A stretch of 24,550 bases of DNA from contig NIVC01005155.1 of assembly GCA_002269645.1 (NCBI GenBank), positions 1 to 24,550 of the forward strand. The letters are read 5' to 3'. The stretch is from Macrostomum lignano. Lineage: Eukaryota. Shown piece by piece: positions 1-9,410 of the stretch (its first letter is position 1; every line of letters starts with the position of its first letter). The translations under genes were made by a program, and so were the position numbers. The notes under the pieces are model-generated. The model was given only the letters and a program-made list of their open reading frames with translations. It was not told the DNA's origin and did not search any database.

Positions 1-497
1 GGCAAACTAAAAAATCCAAGGTGTTTCTCTAGACTTGAGTGTAAAGCAGCAAACTACTCGAGGGGTAACTATAGACTGCTTGGAGGATAATGACAGACTT
101 CTGAGGAGGATAACAAACAATAAAGTTTTGAATGGACAATAACGGTTGTTGAGGGGACTACTAAGGAATTATTGTAGTTTGCTAAGGGGACAATACTTGA
201 TACTAGGTCACTAAGAGGATAAATGCTCAATGTTAATGAAAATTGTAGACTGCAAAGGGGATAAAAATATGGGGCTACTAAGAGATGAATGCAATCTGTT
301 TTGCAGGATTAGAAGTAATAATTTCAGGTTTTTTGGGGATAACTACCAATTTTTTTGGGAACATAAAGAAAAGAGTGGCTGCTATAAATCTGTGCAAAAT
401 AATACTTTTTGGATCAGTAGAACAAAAGATATAGTGAAAAGTAACACTACTTTTTGGATAGCCCTTGTACATTGAAAAATCTTGGTATACATGTTGC

Positions 498-1319
498 CCC
501 TATTGGAATAAGCTGACAAATCGCAGATGTGTCTGTCCTGTTTTACAAAATTTTTCAGTATCACGTCGTGATGGAGTCATCAAGTAGCTGGTGTCGCGTC
601 GCCATTGCAGAGACCATGGTTTTGTTTGGTAGTGTCGCAACACTGTTGCAGTTGTCAGTTGCCACAATTAATGAACATACAGTCAGAAACTGTATCCAGG
701 TCTTCATTAACATAAATGTCATTATGTCAAGAGATGAGCTTCTTGTCATTTTTCATTTTATCCTCTTCTTTTTTGTTTCAACTTACTTTTAAGTCATTTA
801 CAATGTAACATGTGAATAGATAATATTTGCTATTGCGGACTTGAAGTTAAAGTTTCTCGTTCTCTAGTTTTGATTCTGACATTTTTTCGCTAATGACAAA
901 CATTAAGAATTGAGTGAACTGAACTCAGATGAAGTGATCGCTAGTCCAGCTGCTAGCCTGCTATGAATTATGAAAAACAAGTAACAAGTAATACTTGTTA
1001 GTTACAATGCATGCACTATTATTCTAACTGCTGAATCTTTGTTGTTTTACTTTTTATTGTCATTAAATTTCATTTCTTTTATTATGAAATTGAAAGGAAT
1101 ACTCTCATCCCCTGCCTCATGGTCTTGGGAGTGAACAGCAGAACGAGAATTGTCAATTTAAGTGAATGCTTTCCCCCCCGGTCATTCAGTCAACAGACAT
1201 TGGTGTCGCGTCGCCCCCCCCCCCATCAACAAAATTTGGTGTTGCGTTGTCCTTTTGAAGGCACAATTTTGGCACCCATGTTGCGTGTCTGCGGGTTTTG
1301 GAAACTTATTCCAATAGGG
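498..1319. mobile_element. Non-autonomous TIR DNA transposon (MITE-like, 822 bp), CCCTA..TAGGG termini, probable 8-bp TSD
   Basis: Perfect 15-bp TIR ccctattggaataag (498-512) / cttattccaataggg (1305-1319). Flanks catgttgc (490-497) and catgttgt (1320-1327) match 7/8. Subterminal tggtgtcgcgtcgcc occurs near both ends (about 589 and 1201) with further tgtcg/tgttg motifs. No credible ORF. Confidence 0.8.
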
Positions 1320-1971
1320 CATGTTGTCTTCCAAACTATGGCAAATAATTTAGTTATATACCTACTAAAATTCAATAATTTGAATAAGTCCCATTTTTCC
1401 AAATTTGAAAATATAAAAAGGAAAAGCTAATATATTAAGGGTGTCACAATTTTTAAAAAGCCTTTTTTACATAACAAAAGATGACAATATTTTATCATCA
1501 TAACCTAATATTAAAGGTAGATAATTTTTTAAGTTTTTTCTCTAAGACAATAGGGACTCCAGTGAGATTTTGAAACTTTCAAATTTATTTCTTTTTAGAT
1601 ATGCATCTGATAGAGGACAATAACAACATCACAAAATGGCTTCACTTATTAATTTTGGTTGAGTAATAAAAAAGTTATAGCATTTTTTGTCCAAAAAAAA
1701 TTTGTTTTTTAGATAGGAAACTAGCAATCTAGTGCCTCCTTTCAGGGCACCAAATAAGTAAAGAGCAAAAATTATTCATGCAAATCCATTAAAGAAACAC
1801 ATTTTCTTGAAAACTGATTCCTTTTTTGGTTTATAGATCATCTTATATTTAAGTAAAATTGTCATGGACAAAGATGCCTGCTTTGAATCTCTTGTCTAAA
1901 AGTAATAAAAGTACACAACAAAATAAAGCTTTCACAAATATAATAGGCATTCCCCCTAAGTCAAAAGTATT

Positions 1972-2630
1972 CCCCAGGTGGCAAGCATCGCCCACCCCAC
2001 AAGATAGCAAGCATCCCCAGATAGCAAACATCCCCCAGATAGCAAGCATCCCCCAATAGCAAGCATCCCCCCCTCCCAGATAGCAAGCATCCCCCAATAG
2101 CAAGCATCTACCCAGATAGCAAGCATCCCCCTCCCCCAGACAGCAAGTATCCCCCAGACAGCAAGCATCCCCCCAATAGCAAGCAACCCCAGATAGCAAG
2201 CATCCCCTAGACAGCAAACATCCCCTGAATGCAAGCAACCCCAGATAGCAAACATCCCAGATAGCAGGCATCCCCTAGATAGCAAGCATCCCCCAATTGC
2301 AAGCAACCCCAGATAGCAAGCATCTCCTAGACAGTAAGCACCCCCAGATAGCAAGTATCTCCTAGATAGCAAGCATCCCCTAGACAGCAAGCATCCCCCA
2401 GATAGCAAGTATCCCCCCAATAGCAAGCAAACCCATATAGCAAGCATCCCTCAGATAGCAAGCATCCCTCAGATAGCAAGCATCCCTTAGATAGCAAACA
2501 TCCCTGGATAGAAAAAATCCTGGGATAGATATTTCTTGGATAGAAAGAAATAGCTAGCAACCCCCTCTTAGCAAGCATCCTTCCAATAGCAAGCATCCCA
2601 GCAATAGCAAGCATCCCTCAGATAGCAAGT
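1972..2630 (+). repeat. Minisatellite, unit about 17-19 bp (consensus gatagcaagcatccccca), roughly 35 degenerate copies
   Basis: Direct tandem repetition of atagcaagcatcccc with a variable C-run. The overlapping CLLS/DACYLG ORFs are by-products of the repeat. Confidence 0.95.
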
Positions 2631-2655
2631 AGCTAATTCAACAAGTTCCTTAGCT

Positions 2656-3243
2656 TTATAGTGGCTCCTTTATGTTTGGCATGACAATTATTTTACATTT
2701 GAAATGGTGGCTCTTTTTTGTTTGAAATGGTGGTTCTTTTATGTTTGAAATGGTGTCTCTTTTATGTTTGAAATGGTGTCTTTTTTGTTTGACATGGTGG
2801 CCCATTTATGTTTGGCATGACGCTTCTTTTGTTTAAATAGTATTTGACATACTGGCTCTTTTATGTTTGACATGGTGGCTTTTTTATATTGTACATGGTG
2901 CCTGTTTTATGTTTGAAATGGTGGCACTTTTATGTTTGACATGGCAGCTCTTTTATGTTTGACATAATGGTTCTTTTATGTTTGACATGACAATTCTTTT
3001 GTTTAAAATAGTTTTTGAGATAGTGACTCTTTTATGTGTCACATGATCCTTCTTTTATGTTTGAAATGGTGGCTCTTTTATGTTTGCCATAGTGGTTCTT
3101 TCATATTGTACATAGTGCCACTTTTATGCTTAATATGCCACTTTTATGTTTTGTATATGGTGACTCTTTATGTTTGACATGGGATCTCTTTTATGTTTTA
3201 CATGGTGCCACTTTTATGTTTCACAGTGTATTTCTTTTTTGTT
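2656..3243 (+). repeat. Minisatellite, 23-bp unit (consensus gaaatggtggctcttttatgttt), roughly 25 degenerate copies
   Basis: gaaatgg recurs at 2701, 2724, 2747 and 2770 (period 23) and continues with divergence to about 3243. Confidence 0.93.
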
Positions 3244-4553
3244 TAGCAAAAAAATCTTTTTTTATTAAAAAATATTTTGCACTACTAAGATTTGAACCTA
3301 AGTTGCTACTTTAGCAGTCTAGTCTGTTCGCCTCTAGGGTATCTCTTGTCACTTCAATAACATGAATTATGACCCCTTTAAATCAATACCTACAGCAAGT
3401 CTGCTAGAGTAAAATTTATGACAATCAATTCCTTAGTCAGCCAATACCAGTCTCAATTTAAGTTAGCAATATGGTTACACAATTTCAATCAAGTCAGGTG
3501 CCATGTTTCAACACTGTATTTTTAACAAAGCAAGACAATAAAAGTCAGTAAAACTCAGTCAGTACACAGATAATAAATAAATACAATATGGTTATGCAAT
3601 CTCAATCAAGCCTTGCATGCTTTTCTTCAACACTGTTTTCAACTTGTTGTGATGTAATCTTAATCAGAGTAGGAATTCAATCAATCAGTTTTTTCTCTAC
3701 CATTCTTACAATGCATTTTAAGTCAAAAGAGCTGCTTGACCTATGTAAAAAAGCATGTTTTATGAATATTTAATCCTTTTAGGATTAAGAAATTTCTTAG
3801 CCAAGATACATGTACCATCACAGGTAAAATTTTTGATTGAATGGTGCAAGTTTGAAGAAAATCGGTTGAGCCAATTTTTCAGAAATCAATTGCTTACCCA
3901 TATACAGACAACTCATTTTTAGAATACTAGACTAGACTAGAAATACATTATAGGTTGTTGCCATTGGAAGTATGAAAACTAAATTCTTCAGTTTTTGTTA
4001 TCATATCTTTTTCGCTATTCAACATACAATGTTGAGTCTAGTATTATTTTAAAGACTAATCAGTTCTATATAAGATTAGCAAATTGTTTTTTTTCTTTTT
4101 AATGTATATTTTTCGGGGTTTGCATATGAATTTTAAAGTGAAAAATGCACATCAAAAAAGAGCAAAATTAAAGTTTCAAATAGCTACTATTTAAAAATTA
4201 ATTGCTTTTTCTGAAATATTTTTGCTTACTCTACAACACATAAAAGTATATGTTTTTATACCTTTTTTGTATATATATTGTCAAGGGTCAAAAAATTCAC
4301 CAATTTTGTGACATTTTTGCTATTGGAACTTGATAGCGTATCTTAAAATTGCACATTTTTCAATTTTGAATGATTATAATTTTTAGACTAATGAATATAT
4401 ATTAAGTTTGATTTTTTGAAAAACATAGCAAAAATGTTTTTTGTGTACTTTGGTTAATTCAAAAGCTTCTTCTCATTTTTCCCAATATTATTGCTTGTTA
4501 ATTAGCTGCAACTGAAGACTGAAGTTAGCATATACTTTATATTTAATGCTTAT

Positions 4554-4831
4554 TGTGGCGGCCAGACTATGCAACCAGCAGCACCGTGCAGCTGCACTGG
4601 AAACCCCCCCTGCCAACCTCTGTCTAGCTGAGGTGGGGTGGTGCTGCACTGCGCTAGCCAGCTTGCTAAGCCAGGGGGGTTGGCATAGCCAATCATGCCA
4701 CGCCATATGTGTGCACTTCCCCGGCCCCTCAATAATCTTGTGCTGTTTTCACTTGTATAAATATACACGCAATGCAGTGCAACATCTTTGCTGCCATTCC
4801 ATCTATTGAAACAAAAAGGCCTTCTACCTCA
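4554..4831 (+). repeat. 5' LTR (278 bp) with TATAAATA box at 4756-4763
   Basis: Aligns end to end with 5594-5872; about 18 substitutions and 3 single-base indels counted by eye. Confidence 0.92.
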
Positions 4832-4832
4832 T

Positions 4833-4845
4833 TGGTGAGCCCGAC
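4833..4845 (+). promoter_or_regulatory. Primer-binding site, tRNA-Trp-like
   Basis: tggtgagcccgac starts 1 nt after the LTR end. It matches 12/13 to TGGTGACCCCGAC, the complement of the vertebrate tRNA-Trp 3' end as I recall it; the host tRNA is unknown. Confidence 0.7.
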
Positions 4846-5208
4846 TCCCAGCGCGGAACACTGGGCCTACCTGGTCAGCCCTATGCAGTCCTGGTAGCCA
4901 ACCGCCTTGGCCGACTGCAACAGCAGCACCGCAGCCCAACAGCACTGCAGCCTAGCAGCACCACAGCCCAGCAGCCACAACAGTACCCCGCAGCAACAAT
5001 TGGCCTAGTCAGCCTGCCCCCCACGGTAGCTCCTAGGGTCTCGCCTTTCGGACCCCACGTTGGACCAACCAGCGCCACACGCTGCAACAAATTTTAGGTT
5101 AGCACCGCTGCTGCTGGCCTAATGTCCCCAGCCTCTGTGCAGCAGCTTTGACCTGGCTCACGGCGGCAACTGACTGTCGATTGCTTTGGGTGTAGTCCAG
5201 CCGCGCGC

Positions 5209-5473
5209 CCCTGCTGCTTTCCGCGCCCGCCATGCGCCCTGCTGCTGCCTTTGGCGCCCACCTGGTGCCTTGCTGCTGCCTTCGGCAACTGTCTGGCACC
5301 CTGCTGCTGCCATCGGCGCCCTGCTGCCTTCGGCGCCCTCCTGCTGCCTTTGGCGCCCTGCTGCTGCTTTTGGCGCCCGCCTGGCGCTCTGCTGCCTTTG
5401 GCGCCGCCCGGCACCTGCTTGGCAACCTGCTGCCATTGGCGTCCACCTCGCGCCCCTGCCGCCTTTGGCGTCC
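5209..5473 (+). repeat. GC-rich internal repeat of the LTR element, about 10 copies of ctgctgcc(t/a)t(t/c)ggcgcc
   Basis: Motif seen at about 5209, 5242, 5273, 5304, 5321, 5341, 5361, 5388, 5427 and 5456. Confidence 0.8.
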
Positions 5474-5582
5474 AGGTGATTTCGGCGCCCACTCTTCTGC
5501 AGCTCCGCGGTCTTCGGCGCCCGCTCCTCGGCACTCTCGCTGCCTCGGCTACCACCTGACATTTGGGGCCTAGCTCAGTGCT

Positions 5583-5593
5583 GGGAGGAGCTG
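5583..5593 (+). promoter_or_regulatory. Polypurine tract
   Basis: gggaggag(ctg) lies immediately upstream of the 3' LTR start tgtggcg at 5594. Confidence 0.7.
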
Positions 5594-5872
5594 TGTGGCG
5601 GCCAGACTACGCAACCGGCAGCACCAGTGCAGCCGCACTGGAAAACCCCCCGCCAACCTCTGTCTAGCTGAGGTGGGGTGGTGCTGCACTGCGCTAGCCA
5701 GCTTGCTAAGCCAGGGGGGTTGGCGTAGCCAATCACGCCACGCCACATGTGCGCACCTCCCTCGGCCCCTCAAGAATCTCGCGCTGTTTTCACTTGTATA
5801 AATATACGTGCAATGTAGTGCAACATCTTCGCTGCCATTCCATCTATTGAAACAAAAAGGCCTTCCACCTCA
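5594..5872 (+). repeat. 3' LTR (279 bp) with TATAAATA box at 5797-5804
   Basis: Second copy of the LTR; retains CpGs that are lost in the 5' copy. Confidence 0.92.
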
Positions 5873-6941
5873 TTATTGTCTTTACATACAACATATATTG
5901 TCTGCTTTGCTTTTTCAATGCAAAACATATAGGTAAATTATTGTTGATAGACTATTGTCTTGTATATTTTTTGTATTAAGTGTAACCCTTATTGTATACT
6001 GTGAGTAAAGCTGCCAATCAACATTTATATCTATAAAAAGTGTAAAAAAGTATTTAAAAATATATTATACTTAAAATTGTATATTGTAAAGTTGCTTATT
6101 AAATATACAAATTGAATAAATACCATTTCTTATGAAATTCAGTTCATTTTATGAGAGTTTGCATTGTAGACCAAGGTTATATGCATTCAAAGAGTCACTT
6201 GTTTGGATTGCAATTGCTAAAGCTCAATAATAAGCTGAAGCATATATTTATTTGAATTATTTTACCTTTAAAACAAATCTGCAGTGGTAAAACTCTTTTT
6301 TGTTAAGAGAAGCTAATAATCCATTTTTATATAAGTAGTATGTAGGTAATATGGCTACTAAAATAGCAAACATTGCTGCTGCGGCTGCTTGGTGGATACA
6401 TGCAGAAAAAAAGTGTTGTCAAGAATTCTTATATGCTCCTCTATTAAATGTAGTAAAAGAATAGTCTTTGGAAATTATTCTAGAAAAATAATGAAATTTT
6501 CTGTTCCTCAACTTAAAACGAGTATATTTTACACTGAGGAAATAGGCAAAAATAGGCCTCAATAACTTTTTGGCAGATGTAAAGAGACATGTGCAGTTTT
6601 TTTTATATAATCATATTTAGAATAGCATACATTTCTGGGTTTTACTAAGCTTCGGAAATGCAAGCACAATTTTTATTCAACTGTTTTTTTATACCATCTA
6701 AACAGGAAGAAAAAATTTTTTCAAGATGTTAAAAAAATTACCAAATATAGTTGCTTGTATCATTAAAATATAAATTTTTTTCAATAATTGCTTTCTAACA
6801 AAAAATGAAATTTTGAAAGTACTTTTTGTGGCAACAAAATGTGTATATACTATAGGCCATATTGTGGATCATGTTATATGTATGCCGGAAAGTATCTGGC
6901 TATCTAGTAAAGTATATTCCAATAAAATATGCCAATTAAGC

Positions 6942-8105
6942 CCATAGTGCGGAAGGATTTCTGTATACGACGGAGGGTAAATTTTCATTTCGGCCTGTTG
7001 TACGACAGTACGACAGGGATTGGAAAATGGTACTAGTGTTGTACGACAGAGTTAGAGTTTAAGGAAGTGCTGTACGACAAAAATAGTGGCACTTACATAG
7101 TAATGTAAGGTGTTGGTACTTGGTACGGGCAAAAACTTTTTGAATATGTGGGTAGGTGCGAGAAATTCTTGATATTGCATTTTTTTAATATGCAAAGTAA
7201 AACAACAGATATATTGTACTTTTTTGCTTGCAATGTCAAGTATAGTTTTGCGCCAATAAAATTAAATTTAAGAGTTTGTACGAATATAATACTGATAATT
7301 TAAATTACCCTTTGAGTGGAAAAGTGCAACTATTGAATTTTTACTTTTTTGCTTCAACGCAATACGTTAACAACGACGTTATGAGCCATAGTCCGGAAGG
7401 TGGCCTTTACGCCGGAATTTTCCGGCGTAATTTTGCACTTGCTGACAATCTTGGCATACATTTGGCATATAGAATATTCAGGTTCAACATGAAGTGTAAA
7501 CAACCGGCGTACAAGAAATAGAAAAGTTCAGGGCTGATGCAATCGTGTAGTTAAATATCAATTAACCAAAGCTCTTCTGAATATAAACGGTTAACAAAAC
7601 AGAAAATATTAACGAAATTTACGAGAAAAACTAAATTAAAACAAAGAATATTAGTTTTTGGAAAAAATCAGCCGTTTTCAAGTAAATAATTATTTTTAAG
7701 TTTTAAAAAATACAAATTCTTTAAAAAGTTGGCGTATAAACAACTTTTGACTTGGCGTAAAAAATTTTTGAACTTTATGTCGACGTAAAATTGAAAAGAC
7801 ACAAATTTTCACTCCGGCGTACGCCTGCCATGATCCGGACTATGGGTTATGAGTTAGTTACGAGACTACGAGTATCTGGTACTGGTGTCCAACTGTCCAT
7901 CAAAGGAATACTAACTATGTCTATACTTCATGTATGAGTTGTATGACATTGACAAGTGTACGACAGACAGACATGTAACATGTTTACATGTATGACAGTG
8001 TACGACGTAGCGCCCCCCAAAAATTAGCAATGTACGACATGTACGACAGGCAATCCCTGTGTACGACGGAGATTTCTGGCATATACCCGTCCTTCTGCAC
8101 TATGG
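6942..8105. mobile_element. Middle non-autonomous TIR transposon (about 700 bp without the inner insert), 8-bp TSD
   Basis: TIR ccatagtgcggaagga (6942) / tccttctgcactatgg (ends 8105), 15/16 match. Perfect TSD aattaagc at 6934-6941 and 8106-8113. About 10 gtacgac motifs clustered near both ends. Confidence 0.9.
7386..7845. mobile_element. Inner non-autonomous TIR transposon (460 bp), 8-bp TSD
   Basis: TIR ccatagtccgga (7386) / tccggactatgg (ends 7845). Perfect TSD gttatgag at 7378-7385 and 7846-7853. Repeated ggcgta motifs with intact CpGs. Confidence 0.92.
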
Positions 8106-9410
8106 AATTAAGCCCTCTAGTAAATTGTATGCCAATAAAAATGTGATTAATAAGCACAAAAACTATGTAACAAACAAAACATAAATATTACCATAAAAAT
8201 AAAAGTGAAAACATATATCATTTTAAAAAATTACAAATTAAGACAAGTTCTTTATAGAAAATTTAGAATGCTGTTTGAAAATTAAATTTATTGTCATAAT
8301 TCTACAAATTAATTTTCTTGCCACAAAGAATTATTTAGTATAATTTACACAATTATTTAATATACTTCAATGCTTTTGTATGCTGCGCTGAAAGCTTGAA
8401 CAAGTATAGCTAAGAATTGTAAGCAAATGATTATGCATGGTGGTTGTATTTCCTCCATTTATGCTAGATATACGCCAGACAAAGCATTTGTATGCCATAT
8501 GTATGCTAGCTAAAGCGTTTGTACACCAGATGTATACCAGCTAAAGCATTTGTACGCCGGAATTTTCCACTGTATACTACACCTTCCACAATATGGACTA
8601 TAGGCTTATGCAAAAAAGACAAAATTCAGTGGGACACTACTCGGCATATATTAAATATATTTTTTTGTTTCTTTATCTAATTAGAATAAGTATAAACTCT
8701 TCTTTAATGTGTATATTTTGTTTTTACAAAAACATTTTCTATACTTTGTGATTACATTTTTAAAAACCCTATTTTACAATTTTGTGTAATTATCAGCTTA
8801 TGGTAACCTCACTAGAATCCCTAAAGACAATGTCTTTCTTACTTCTTTCTATTTCTAGTTTATATGTTTGCTTAGTACTTTATATAATTACACTGCAACA
8901 TTATTCATTTGCAAAGAACCTACTTTATACTAAAACTTGCCTTCTCTGTATGTAGGCCTATTGGCAAGACATAAGATCCTAACTTAAAGTCTAACAATAA
9001 TGCAAAAACCACAATTAGCATAGAAAGAGAAATAGCAAGCATAAAAACAGTAAACCAACAATGCTCACTCGCTGATCCAGGCTTGTCAAGTGATATGGAT
9101 TCAAGTTATTGTATGACATAGCAAGTACTATTGACTACAGACTCTTAAAAACAAAAAATAAATTAACTGGCTATTAAACTTTCGTTTATATTGGTGTGTT
9201 TTGGATATAATTACGATTTATTGTAACAAACAGCGCCAATCGCTAGAAAACATTAAAACTTTTTAGAATAGTAGCAAATAACAAACGCAATTATTAAATA
9301 GTAATAGGTTGCCGCAGTCACAGTTACCGACGCATTTGTTTCCCCATTGATATTCGCATTGATATTCGAATTTTAACAAAAGCAAAATACTAAAAGCAAC
9401 CCGTAGCATG

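Larger units (their letters stand above)
1439..3377. mobile_element. Possible degenerate TTAA-flanked (Kolobok-like) non-autonomous element enclosing two minisatellites
   Basis: ttaagggtgtcacaatt (1435-1451) versus the reverse complement of 3365-3381, ttaaaggggtcataatt, match 14/17 including TTAA. RR..YY ends with a TTAA TSD are the established Kolobok signature, but the match is short and in AT-rich DNA. Confidence 0.3.
4554..5872 (+). mobile_element. Non-autonomous miniature LTR retrotransposon (TRIM-like, 1319 bp; Ty3/Gypsy-type signals)
   Basis: Direct repeats 4554-4831 and 5594-5872, both tgtggcg...cctca (TG..CA). 4-bp TSD ttat (4550-4553, 5873-5876). PBS directly after the 5' LTR and PPT directly before the 3' LTR. 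The 762-bp interior has no gag/pol motifs. Confidence 0.92.
6857..8596. mobile_element. Outer non-autonomous TIR transposon (about 570 bp once the nested inserts are removed), 8-bp TSD
   Basis: TIR ccatattgtgga (6857) / tccacaatatgg (ends 8596). Perfect TSD actatagg at 6849-6856 and 8597-8604. Subterminal ta(t/c)gcc/tatgct motifs. Confidence 0.88.

Noticed and set aside
1849-2614. Cys/Leu/Gly-rich ORFs
   Set aside because: Translations of the 18-bp minisatellite, open in several frames, with no domain signal.
5240-5410. tggcgccc motifs as extra tRNA-Lys primer-binding sites
   Set aside because: The match covers only about 8 nt, the motifs are internal and far from the LTR, and a better PBS exists at 4833.
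4488-5801. Many overlapping ORFs in the LTR element as gag/pol remnants
   Set aside because: Low-complexity products of GC-rich repeats; no zinc knuckle, protease, RT or integrase motifs.
6350-6463. Short ORF MATKIANIAAAAAWWIHAEKK... and other possible host exons in 5880-6850 and 8600-9320
   Set aside because: Too short, with no recognisable homology or splice support; cannot be supported without transcript data.
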